Source of the DNA: an uncultured delta proteobacterium | GTDB lineage: Bacteria; Desulfobacterota; Binatia; UBA9968 | Direction of reading: 5' to 3' | DNA: 64,000 nucleotides | Assembly (NCBI GenBank): GCA_963816145.1 | Contig: CAWFJP010000017.1 | Coordinates: 32,001 to 96,000 of the forward strand | In this document: positions 39,869 through 48,806 of the stretch, one piece after another | How positions within the stretch are numbered: position 1 is the first letter of the stretch | How the letters are laid out: the number at the start of each line of letters is the position of its first letter | Position numbers and translations under genes: made by a program | Notes under the pieces: model-generated | Databases searched by the model: none | What the model saw: the letters and a program-made list of their open reading frames with translations, nothing else | What the model was told of the DNA's origin: nothing

Positions 39869-41392
39869 TCAGACCTTGTTCTTGGCGGGGGTCTCGGATC
39901 CGGCCGGCTTCCGCGACCGCGTCGACGCGCGCGCTGGGGGCTTCTTCGGGATCGCCTTTCGCGGCACACGCGCTGCCACAGGCGCGGCGGCCGCGACGCG
40001 GGCGCGCGGACGTCTTGGCTTGGTACGACCGGGGGGCTCGGCGGTCGTGTCGGTCGGCATCGGCTCGTCATTGAACCGATCCTCCTCGGCCCGCTCTTCC
40101 AGCTCGAATCGGTCGACAGCGTCGACGGGTTGCGTATCCAGCATGCCTAGGCGCCCGGCTTCCATCACTTCTTGGGATGGGGCGATTGCGGGCGACGGGC
40201 CGGTCTGCTGCAACGCCGGCCCCTTAAGCACGCGCAGGCCGCCTCGACGATCCCGCTCGAGTCGCACGAGGCCCTCGCGCTGACACGCGCGCAACAGATC
40301 GATCAGCCCCATGAAACCGTATCGGCGCTCGTCGAAGCCGCCCCGGGTGGCTCGTAAGAGCTGCTTGACGTTGCGCAAGTACATCGGCCACCGTGCCGCT
40401 GTAGCAGCGGTCAGGATCTGGCCCACCAGACGGACCCCGTCAGCCTGATCGCCCTTCGGGACGACGGGTGCCTCGATCGGGGCGAGCTGAGACACCTCCT
40501 CCACGGCCTCGGCCAACACCGCCCGCGGCTCGGTCTCTGCCTCGGGCGCAGCCGCGCGACCCTCGTCGCGCGTCTCTGCGACGGCGACGGGCCGGCTCGC
40601 CACGACCGCGGTCGAAGACTCGCTCTCGTCGAACTTCTCGTTGAGCTCGACCATGACGCTTCGACCGGTGTGCTTGAGCTGGGCGAGACCCGATTGCGCG
40701 AGCTTCTCGACGAAATCGAGGAATGACGACGCACCATAAGTCCGCTCGGAGAAAGTCGAGTCGAGCTGGAGCAGCGTGCTCTTGAGCAGGCCGATCTGCG
40801 GCGAGACTTCCCGCTCGGACAGAATTTTCAGCGCGCGTCGCACGATGGGGAAGGCCTGCGCGATGGGCGCGGTGGCGGCGGACGTCACCGGGCGGTCGCC
40901 CTTGGCGACCGAGCGGCGGCCGCGCGTCAGGTTCTCATAGGCGATGAACTCGTGGCAGTTGCGCTGGAGGATGGTGCTGGTGAACGCCCTGCCACCGACG
41001 ACGAAAACTTTCTTGTCGTATTGCTTGAGCTTCTCGACCAGCGAGAGGAAGTCGCTGTCGCCGCCAACGATCACGTACGCGTTGATATGCGGGTGCGTGA
41101 AGGCCATTTCGAGGGCATCGAGCGCCAGATTGATGTCGGCGCCGTTCTTGTCGCCGCCGGGCGTCAAGTTGCGCTGCACCAGGCGGATGGCGTGTTGGGT
41201 GAGGTGGCGACTGTACTCGCCCGCGCGCGTCCAGTCGGCGTAAGCGATCTTGGTGACCACCTCGCCGCGCTCCTTCAAGGCGTCGAGGATGGCGCCGACG
41301 TCGAAATTCTCACCAAGCGTCGATTTGACGCCAATCTCGATGTTGTCGAAGTCGATGAACACAGCGATGTTAAGACGGTCCTGATGGGGCAA
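39869..41392 (-). CDS. NYN (LabA/DUF88) domain protein with two LOTUS/OST-HTH domains
   Basis: VFIDFDN, KNGADINLALDA, GGDSDF; DSTFSERTYG.SSF and GFDERRYGF; basic low-complexity tail; TTG start. Confidence 0.88.
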   Translation of the reverse strand: MPHQDRLNIAVFIDFDNIEIGVKSTLGENFDVGAILDALKERGEVVTKIAYADWTRAGEYSRHLTQHAIRLVQRNLTPGGDKNGADINLALDALEMAFTHPHINAYVIVGGDSDFLSLVEKLKQYDKKVFVVGGRAFTSTILQRNCHEFIAYENLTRGRRSVAKGDRPVTSAATAPIAQAFPIVRRALKILSEREVSPQIGLLKSTLLQLDSTFSERTYGASSFLDFVEKLAQSGLAQLKHTGRSVMVELNEKFDESESSTAVVASRPVAVAETRDEGRAAAPEAETEPRAVLAEAVEEVSQLAPIEAPVVPKGDQADGVRLVGQILTAATAARWPMYLRNVKQLLRATRGGFDERRYGFMGLIDLLRACQREGLVRLERDRRGGLRVLKGPALQQTGPSPAIAPSQEVMEAGRLGMLDTQPVDAVDRFELEERAEEDRFNDEPMPTDTTAEPPGRTKPRRPRARVAAAAPVAARVPRKAIPKKPPARASTRSRKPAGSETPAKNKV

Positions 41393-41772
41393 TGGAATTT
41401 CCTTTCGAGCTTCTACTCTATGCCGAGAGCGGCGCGGGCGCTTCGGTAGGGGGCAGAATCACACGCGTGAACCGGCCCCGCTGCATGATCTCTCCGCCCT
41501 TTCCGCCGCTCCCGGTCGGTCACCCGGTGCCATCTATCGGAACTTTGAGCCACTTGGCTTATGACTGGAGATTTATCGCTCGACAAGAGAGAATTCAATC
41601 ATCAAAGAATTGACTGGAATTCGCGGAAAAAGTCACGCGGTCCGGCCGCGACTTCGAAGTGCAGGACGCTGCCGAGTTCGAGTTTACAACGCTCCAATCT
41701 TGAAAGTGGTTAGTGCTCATCTCGTTTGAAGATGAAGCGTCCTTGGCGATGACAGTGGGCGAAGAATCAAAT

Positions 41773-41851
41773 ATCAAACGACCAAAGCCTGACACCATGC
41801 CCGTGCGCTGACAGAGTGTTCCAGATTTGCTGCGATACTAGACCTGACCCT
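41773..41851 (-). repeat. Left inverted copy of the composite REP-like element bounding the defence island
   Basis: Reverse complement agggtcaggtctagtatcgcagca...tctggaacac...gtgtcaggctttggtcgtttg matches 48815-48907. Confidence 0.75.
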
Positions 41852-42198
41852 AGGCGCTTTCCGGGCGGCGCTGCGGTCGGAGGGGGCGCGAAGTGTTCCA
41901 GATCGCATCGCTCGCTCTGGCAAACGGTTGTCGCCCGTCCCCAAAAGGGCGCCGAACTTTATTTTGGCACCTGAAAAATTCCGAATCCGCGAAGTCGGGC
42001 TAGTAGAGCATAAATAGCGAGCGCGCCTGCAGAGGTTGGGTTTCGTGCTCGACTTTATCTAGGTTTGTCCGAGGCCAGTCTCGTTGGTTCCCGTCAAGAA
42101 AAGACCCCTTATTCTGCTTCGACCATCTTGACGCAACGCATCACAGCTACATATATCTAGCATTGGCAATAAACCTTTATATATTAATATCTTATAAA

Positions 42199-42257
42199 AT
42201 GTTCCCTAAATACATCGATATATTTGACTTAGAATAGGGAACATATTATATTAGGCA
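42199..42257 (+). promoter_or_regulatory. Sigma70-type promoter of higBA with inverted-repeat operator; probably leaderless
   Basis: TTGACT (42224-29), 17 bp, TATATT (42247-52), then ATG 5 nt later. Perfect IR ATGTTCCCTA (42199-208) / TAGGGAACAT (42235-44). Confidence 0.75.
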
Positions 42258-42548
42258 ATGCGGATCGTCGCAAAGAAGACTCTGCGCGAATTTTGGGAGC
42301 GCTGTCCGGACGCTGAAGATCCCCTCTTGGCGTGGTTTCGCGAAGTTGAAAAGGAAGATTGGAGCAAGCCGTCGCAGGTAAAAGATAAATATAGAAGTGC
42401 AAGTTTTGTCGGGGATCGCATTGTGTTCAATATCAAAGGAAATGATTACAGGCTCGTTGTGAAAATAAATTATCCGTACCGGGTTGTTTATGTGCGTTTC
42501 ATCGGCACGCATAAAGAATACGATGAGATCGACGTTGAGGAGGTGTGA
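42258..42548 (+). CDS. higB: HigB mRNA interferase toxin
   Basis: MRIVAKKTLREFW...W..P...VFNIKGNDYRLVV.I.Y...YVRFIGTHKEYD.ID. Confidence 0.93.
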   Translation: MRIVAKKTLREFWERCPDAEDPLLAWFREVEKEDWSKPSQVKDKYRSASFVGDRIVFNIKGNDYRLVVKINYPYRVVYVRFIGTHKEYDEIDVEEV

Positions 42549-42549
42549 G

Positions 42550-43776
42550 ATGAACAATATTCGAGCAATTCGAAGCGAAGCAGATTACGACGCCGCGCTC
42601 GCGCGTATCGATGCCCTTATGGACGCCGAGAGTGGTACCCCCGAGGGCGAAGAACTCGACGTGCTTACTGACCTTGTTGAACTTTATGAGGCGAAGCATG
42701 TTCCCATGGGTTTTCCGAGGCCGCTTGAAGCAATCCGCTTTCGCATGGAGCAGGCAGACCTTTCACCACGTGATCTTGTTCCGTTCATGGGCAGCCGTGC
42801 AAAAGTCTCCGAGGTGTTGTCCGGCAAGCGCCCACTCACCATGCAGATGGCTCGCGCCCTGCACGCCAATCTCGGCATTCCCGCTGATGTGCTGTTACAG
42901 CAACCGGGTGGTGAGTTGCATTCGGCGCTTGAAGGTACCGAGTGGCACCGCTTTCCATTGGCGGAAATGGCAAAACGTGGATGGATCGAAAAGCGTCGCA
43001 ATCTTGACACTCTTGCCGAAGAAATCATGCGGGATCTGATTGGTCGGGCGGGAGGCGAATATGTTTTGCCTGCAGCGTTCTTTCGGAAGAATGATCACGC
43101 CCGCATCAACGCGAAAACGGACCCATACTCTCTCAAAGTTTGGTGCTGGGAAGTGCTAGCGCGAGCGAATGCCCATAAGCTGCCTGTCAGCTTTAAACCC
43201 GGCACGGTCGATCTCACTTTTCTGCGGAAAGTGGCCACATTGAGCTGGTCGCAAGACGGTCCCCGACTCGCCCAAGAGTTCCTCGCTAACCACGGTATTC
43301 ATCTCGTGTATCTTGAGCATTTACCGCGTACGCACCTCGACGGCGCGGCTCTTCAACTCGCCGACGGCACACCCGTTATTGGACTGACCTTGCGCTACGA
43401 TCGGCTCGACAACTTCTGGTTCTGCTTGCTGCACGAACTTTCTCATATCGGCCGCCATATGAACGAGACGAAGAATGAAGCGTTCGTCGATGATCTGAGT
43501 CTTCGTGACGTGCAAGGCGCGCGACGTGATCCACGAGAAACCGAAGCGGATGAGTGGGCCGAGAATGGTCTCATTCCAGAAGACATATGGAATACGAGCA
43601 AGGTAAAGGACAAGCCAACGCCGCTGGCCGTTATGGAACTAGCCCAGCGGCTCGGCATTCACCCCGCCATCATTGCCGGTCGCATCCGCCACGAGACACG
43701 GAACTTTCGCCTGCTGTCCCATTTTGTGGGGACAGGCACGCTACGAAAACAGTTTCTTAAAGGCGGAGAGCAATGA
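42550..43776 (+). CDS. HigA antitoxin fused to ImmA/IrrE-type Zn metallopeptidase
   Basis: N-terminal HigA (DYDAAL..., EAIRFRMEQ, VSEVLSGKRPLT); C-terminal LDGAA, LRYDRLDNFWF.LLHELSH (HExxH), E.EAD.WA. Confidence 0.88.
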   Translation: MNNIRAIRSEADYDAALARIDALMDAESGTPEGEELDVLTDLVELYEAKHVPMGFPRPLEAIRFRMEQADLSPRDLVPFMGSRAKVSEVLSGKRPLTMQMARALHANLGIPADVLLQQPGGELHSALEGTEWHRFPLAEMAKRGWIEKRRNLDTLAEEIMRDLIGRAGGEYVLPAAFFRKNDHARINAKTDPYSLKVWCWEVLARANAHKLPVSFKPGTVDLTFLRKVATLSWSQDGPRLAQEFLANHGIHLVYLEHLPRTHLDGAALQLADGTPVIGLTLRYDRLDNFWFCLLHELSHIGRHMNETKNEAFVDDLSLRDVQGARRDPRETEADEWAENGLIPEDIWNTSKVKDKPTPLAVMELAQRLGIHPAIIAGRIRHETRNFRLLSHFVGTGTLRKQFLKGGEQ

Positions 43777-43952
43777 TTTTTTAGCTCCAACATCACAATG
43801 TACGATGTTAAAACATGGCTAATCTTGAGGGGCGTGAGAGACGCAAGTATCGAACGAAGGACTCGACGTGCGCAGAGTTATCTAGAGTTGTAGGATCGAC
43901 TTGAAAGCTAAAGGCGGACCTGAACTCATTTTTGACTGTGGAGGAAGAAGAC

Positions 43953-45509
43953 ATGGCTACACGCACATGGGACAAAGACCGAGCCTCGAAGCGCATCGAT
44001 GCACGCATCGCGGAGCTTCCGATCGGCGACATTGAAATCAAGAAGTTCGTACGCGAGACGGACTTGACCAGTCTCCCGCGGAACGTGGCGTACCGCCTTC
44101 ACGGCGTCCACCTCTATGCCGACATTCTCAATCTGGCGGACATGCTTCACGTAACCGAGGTGGAAGGCGAGACTTGCCACCGGCGGACGCTCCGATTTCT
44201 GAACCTGCATTACCGAGCCGTCCATCGGACGCTTCAGCGGGTGGACGCCATCTTTGTTGACTTTCACAACCAGCGCCTGCACTCCGTGATCGCGAAGCCG
44301 TACGACTCGGAGGTCGATCGCATTCACAAGGCCGTCGCCGTGGCGCAGTTGATCATCGACGTGCTCGCGCAGACCGGCGAGGACGCGGACCATCCTGCCG
44401 CGAAGGTCAGAGTTGGGATCGACACCGGTGAAGCCCTCGCTGTGAACAATGGACGCCGAGGCCATCGGGAACCCCTGTTTCTGGGGGAGCCAGCGAATCA
44501 CGCTGCCAAGCGCGCGTCAGGCGGGAAAGGGACGGGGATCTATCTGACGAGCAAAGCCCGGGAGACGCTCGGTCTGAAGCGCGTTGATAACGAAGATGCA
44601 ACGGCGCTCACAACCGAAGAAATCGCGGCGTCGCAAGACGAGGCTGCTCTGGATGTCACGGCCGACGATATCGTGAAGGAATGGCGCGAGGATCTCAAGA
44701 ATAGCCCAATCGGCGCATTCGGCTTCAGCGGCCATACGCCGCCCTTCAGGACGCTCGACATCGAAGAACTGTCAGTAAAGAACTCGCGGCGTCAGGATGC
44801 GGCTACGGTCTATTCCGATATCGACGGCTTCACCGCCTACGTCACCAAGAACATCACCACTGACACCGCTTCGAAGCATGTCGTGCGCGCGCTCCACGTT
44901 CTGCGCAGTGAACTGGACGCTGTGCTTCACACCGACTTCGCCGGCCGCAAGGTGCGGTTTATCGGGGACTGTGTTCATGGGCTGCTGGTGGAAGGTACGG
45001 CGCAGACGTCGGATGCGATCGAAACAATCAGCAACATGACTCTGTGCGCCGGAGGCATGCGCAGCAGCTTCGAGCTCGCGCTGTCAAAGCTGAAAGCCAA
45101 TGGCACCGACGCGTCAGAGCTCGGGTTGGCAATCGGGTTCGAGTACGGGCCAATGAACGTGACCCGGCTTGGCATCAAGAGCGAGCTCGTGCGCTGCTCG
45201 GCGAGCCGAGGTGTTGTTGCCGCCGAACGAGAACAATCCCGCTGCTCGGGGACGGAGACGGCGATCGGGCCCATTGCGTACGATAGTAGCAATGATGCGG
45301 CGCGCACCGCGTTTGGGAAATCGCGGAAGCGATCCGGGCTGACCTACGACGTCGCTGTCAACGAGCTGGCCGACAAGGGCGATGCGGTCGCGAAGGCTGC
45401 CCGTGCCATGGGGACGGCCGGGTCGCTGAAACCCGCGACTTCGGCACCTTCCGCTTTCAGCTTCCCGAATCGACCGACGGGTCCCGCGAAGCCGGACGGT
45501 TTCGCATGA
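43953..45509 (+). CDS. Tandem class III nucleotide cyclase, Pycsar PycC-like
   Basis: Domain 1 YADILN...RVGIDTG...LGEPANHAAK; domain 2 YSDIDGFT...RFIGDC...IGFEYG; GGAGGA RBS; operon context. Confidence 0.85.
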   Translation: MATRTWDKDRASKRIDARIAELPIGDIEIKKFVRETDLTSLPRNVAYRLHGVHLYADILNLADMLHVTEVEGETCHRRTLRFLNLHYRAVHRTLQRVDAIFVDFHNQRLHSVIAKPYDSEVDRIHKAVAVAQLIIDVLAQTGEDADHPAAKVRVGIDTGEALAVNNGRRGHREPLFLGEPANHAAKRASGGKGTGIYLTSKARETLGLKRVDNEDATALTTEEIAASQDEAALDVTADDIVKEWREDLKNSPIGAFGFSGHTPPFRTLDIEELSVKNSRRQDAATVYSDIDGFTAYVTKNITTDTASKHVVRALHVLRSELDAVLHTDFAGRKVRFIGDCVHGLLVEGTAQTSDAIETISNMTLCAGGMRSSFELALSKLKANGTDASELGLAIGFEYGPMNVTRLGIKSELVRCSASRGVVAAEREQSRCSGTETAIGPIAYDSSNDAARTAFGKSRKRSGLTYDVAVNELADKGDAVAKAARAMGTAGSLKPATSAPSAFSFPNRPTGPAKPDGFA

Positions 45510-47293
45510 TCTGGTACTTCCAAGACAGCGCGCGCAGCAAACGGGAGCGGGAGGCGATCGAACGGCTCGCATCGCAGGTTCCCTGGATGACACCGCGTGG
45601 GCTCAGGATCGACGGCTCGTTGCGTCTGATCTGGGACATTGATATCTCGACTGGCGAGCGTACATACCCGGTGTCCTTGCGGTACCCGAACCACTTTCCG
45701 TACTCCCCGCCCGTGGTGCTGCCGCGCGGGGACTCGGACCGATGGTCGTCACATCAGTATGGGCCAGGCGGTGAATTGTGCCTCGAGTACGGTCCGGACA
45801 ACTGGCATCCGGAGATCACCGGCGCCGACATGGTCGTGAGTGCCTTTCGACTCTTGCAAGGCGAAAGCCCGACCAGCGAGGAGACCGCTGTCGCCTCTCG
45901 TCACAAGATCACGCTCGGGCAGTACGTCCGAAACAGGTTTTCGAGATTCGTGATCACGCGGGCTGCGGTCGAACTCTTCGCGACTCTCGACGAGGGTGTA
46001 GCAGTCTTGGGCAAGGCGGTAGGCGCCTTGCGCGAAGAGTCGTGGGTCACCGCTATCAGTTCTGTCTCACTGCCTAGCGGTGAGACTTGGATCGAGCCGG
46101 AGATGCCAGAGCCATTTCGCACTGAAGGATGGGAACGGGATATCGCCGGCTTCAAGTGGCCGGAGGACGTTCGGCTACCGTCAGCGAAGACCCCGGCCGA
46201 CTTGCGCGCAGTGACCGCCGAGCGCGGCTTGGCGATTCCAAAGGTGTCACACGTCCTGCTCTTTCAGGGATCGAGCGTACACGTTTATGGCCTCGGCGAT
46301 GAGGACGGCCAGGTTTGGCGCCCAGTTGTAATTATGCCTCCCCCTCCATCGACACGGCTCGACACCGATCATGCGGTTCTAGCGGAGCGAAAAATCGGCG
46401 TTGTCGGATGCGGGTCCATGGGCAGCAAGATTGCCGTGATATTGGCCCGTTCTGGAGCGAAGAGATTTTTCCTGGTCGACGATGACATCATGCTGCCTGA
46501 CAATCTCGTGCGCCACGACTTGGATTGGCGGGAGATCGGAACTCATAAAGCCGACGGCGTTGCCCGCCGAATTCAGCTCGTCAATCCTGGAGCGATTTGC
46601 GAAAAGCGCCGGCATCGTCTGGGCGGACAGGAATCCAGCGGAAGCGTCGAGACCCTAATTGAGAGTCTCGCCGAGTGCGACATGCTAATCGATGCAACCG
46701 CAAATCCGATCGCTTTCAATTATTTGTGCGCGGCTGTCGCGGTCGCCAAGACGACCCTCGTCTGGGCCGAGGTGTTCGGCGGGGGCTTTGGTGGACTCAT
46801 AGCTCGCCACCGTCCTGGCCATGAACCTGATCCGGCCTCGATGCGCCGGACCATCGAGGCCTGGTGCGCTGATCAAGGCAAGCCGATCCCTCGATCGACG
46901 ACCGATTATGGCGGCGCAGAAGAAGCGGCTCTGATCGCCGACGACGCAGACGTGACTACAATTGCGGCACATGCCGCGCGGCTTGCGATCGACACACTCA
47001 TCTCACGGACGCCCTCAACTTTTCCGCACTCGGTTTACCTTGTCGGCCTCGCAAAGCAGTGGATATTCGACGCACCATTTGACACATATCCCATAGACGT
47101 TGGGCAACCGATGACCTCCGAGGCATCGACACCAGCGAATTCTGAAGAAAGGGCCGCTGAAGTTGCGAGGATCGTCCAGTTGCTAGCGGATCACCAGGAT
47201 GCAGGTACTTTTGCCGGCTCAGATAACCAAACGGATACGGGAGGAACTCCGACGAGCCAAGACTCAGGAGATCGGGGGGCTGCTGATGGGTGA
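45506..47293 (+). CDS. E2-E1(ThiF) fusion, Cap2-like ubiquitin-like conjugation enzyme
   Basis: E2: YP..FPYSPP.V, HQY...ELCL (C92). ThiF: GVVGCGSMGS, DDD, NLVRH, K. ATGA overlap with the cyclase. Confidence 0.88.
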   Translation: MIWYFQDSARSKREREAIERLASQVPWMTPRGLRIDGSLRLIWDIDISTGERTYPVSLRYPNHFPYSPPVVLPRGDSDRWSSHQYGPGGELCLEYGPDNWHPEITGADMVVSAFRLLQGESPTSEETAVASRHKITLGQYVRNRFSRFVITRAAVELFATLDEGVAVLGKAVGALREESWVTAISSVSLPSGETWIEPEMPEPFRTEGWERDIAGFKWPEDVRLPSAKTPADLRAVTAERGLAIPKVSHVLLFQGSSVHVYGLGDEDGQVWRPVVIMPPPPSTRLDTDHAVLAERKIGVVGCGSMGSKIAVILARSGAKRFFLVDDDIMLPDNLVRHDLDWREIGTHKADGVARRIQLVNPGAICEKRRHRLGGQESSGSVETLIESLAECDMLIDATANPIAFNYLCAAVAVAKTTLVWAEVFGGGFGGLIARHRPGHEPDPASMRRTIEAWCADQGKPIPRSTTDYGGAEEAALIADDADVTTIAAHAARLAIDTLISRTPSTFPHSVYLVGLAKQWIFDAPFDTYPIDVGQPMTSEASTPANSEERAAEVARIVQLLADHQDAGTFAGSDNQTDTGGTPTSQDSGDRGAADG

Positions 47294-47714
47294 GCACGTC
47301 TGTGACGAGCTGTTCCGAGTCGTCGATATTTCGGTTCAGCGGTCGGGAGGATCGCAGGTCCATTTCGTACGCGACGCGTCCAGCCATGCCACTCAGCTGC
47401 AGGCGTTCTTTGCGCGTACGGGCAATGATTTCACGCGCTTCAATTACCTCGGCGAGTGGCATTCGCATCCGACGTTTGCGCCGGCTCCCAGTTCGACCGA
47501 CTTCGATTCCATGCAATCGATCGTCGACAATCCGGACGTTGGTGTGAATTTTTTGATACTCCTAGTGTTCAAGCTGGCTAGCCGAAAGAGACTGGCAGGA
47601 ACCGCAACAGTGTTCAGGCCGCATCAGCCATGGACGAGTGTGGTTGTTATGACCGAAGAGAACGGAACGGGCTCGCGTCTTGAGCGCGCGCTGCCTTCGT
47701 GGCTGCGAGGATAG
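47199..47714 (+). CDS. JAB/MPN metalloprotease, Cap3-like
   Basis: E24(IGG)...YLGEWHSHP...PSSTD, the JAMM motif. Confidence 0.92.
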   Translation: MQVLLPAQITKRIREELRRAKTQEIGGLLMGEHVCDELFRVVDISVQRSGGSQVHFVRDASSHATQLQAFFARTGNDFTRFNYLGEWHSHPTFAPAPSSTDFDSMQSIVDNPDVGVNFLILLVFKLASRKRLAGTATVFRPHQPWTSVVVMTEENGTGSRLERALPSWLRG

Positions 47715-47846
47715 TTCACGCGTTGAGCATTCACCCACTCGGTGTTGGCAATCGCCGCGCGAGCACTGTCCTGGGGATTACGGTCTCTGTAAACCGAAGA
47801 CATGGCAGTACGATGATTTTCGCGTTCGTAGCAGAAGAGGATTTCC

Positions 47847-48755
47847 ATGAAAGAGCGTTTTGAGGGTGGCACCGGCCGCGGGTTGCTTCTCGATGTACTT
47901 CAGAAGCAGGACATCGTCCGAAACGACAAGTCGCTCGCCGAAGCGCTTGCCGAGGGAGGAGAGATCGTTCAATTCGACGGCGGCGCGGACATCGTTCGAC
48001 AGGACGGCGCTGACAACGATGTCTTCTTCTTGCTCGCCGGCGATGCGAACGTGCTGGTTAACGATCGCTTTGTCGGGACGCGGACGGAAGGGACGTGTAT
48101 CGGCGAGATGGCCGCTCTCGATGCCGCCGCGCGGCGTTCCTCGACCGTTCGCGCAAATTCGGTTGTCGTGGCGTTGAAGGTTCCGGAACCGGCTTTTCGG
48201 GCAGCGTGTGAGGCGCATCCCCTTGTGTTCAAGGCTCTCTCCCAGCTCGTCTCTCATCGTCTGAGACAACGTTCAGCGTTCGTTCAGCCGCCGAATCCAC
48301 AGCCAGTGCTCTTCATCGGCAGTTCCACTGAGGCACTTTCAATCGCGAACGAATTGCAGGCTGGTTTCAAGTACGACAAGTTCAACGCGATTATCTGGAA
48401 GGACGGAGTGTTCGGGCCCGGCGGCGTCGCCTTTGATTCCCTCGCGCAGATTGCCGGCGGCTCAGATTTTGCCGCCTTCATCATTTCGCCAGACGACACA
48501 GTCATCAGCCGCGAGGCAGAGAAACTGGCCCCTCGTGACAATGTGATCTTCGAGCTTGGCCTCTTCATGGGCGTGCTCGACCGACAGCGCGTCTTCTTGA
48601 TTCGCGAGCACGATGCCGATGTGAAGATTCCTTCGGACCTGCTCGGCATTACACAGGTGACCTACGTCCTGAAGAAGGGCGGCGACCTCACGACGGCGCT
48701 CGGTCCCGTATGCACTGAGCTGCGCAAAGCAATCGCCACGCACGGCGTTCGCTGA
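47847..48755 (+). CDS. cNMP-binding domain + TIR-like effector (PycTIR-like)
   Basis: CNB: RQDG, GEMAAL...RSSTVRA. TIR: LFIGSSTE, DFA.F...PDD, PRDNVIFELGLFMG, PSDL.G. Confidence 0.92.
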   Translation: MKERFEGGTGRGLLLDVLQKQDIVRNDKSLAEALAEGGEIVQFDGGADIVRQDGADNDVFFLLAGDANVLVNDRFVGTRTEGTCIGEMAALDAAARRSSTVRANSVVVALKVPEPAFRAACEAHPLVFKALSQLVSHRLRQRSAFVQPPNPQPVLFIGSSTEALSIANELQAGFKYDKFNAIIWKDGVFGPGGVAFDSLAQIAGGSDFAAFIISPDDTVISREAEKLAPRDNVIFELGLFMGVLDRQRVFLIREHDADVKIPSDLLGITQVTYVLKKGGDLTTALGPVCTELRKAIATHGVR

Positions 48756-48806
48756 GCGAGAAACGGCGACCCAAAGGGATCGTGTCGGCTTTTTGAAATT
48801 TCAGTG

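Noticed and set aside
41850-42200. tRNA or att site at the left edge of the island
   Set aside because: No cloverleaf, T-loop or CCA pattern was seen, and there is no integrase in the window.
45506-47293. ThiF/MoeB as a thiamine or Moco biosynthesis enzyme
   Set aside because: It is fused to an E2 domain, flanked by a cyclase and a JAB, and has no ThiS/MoaD carrier nearby.
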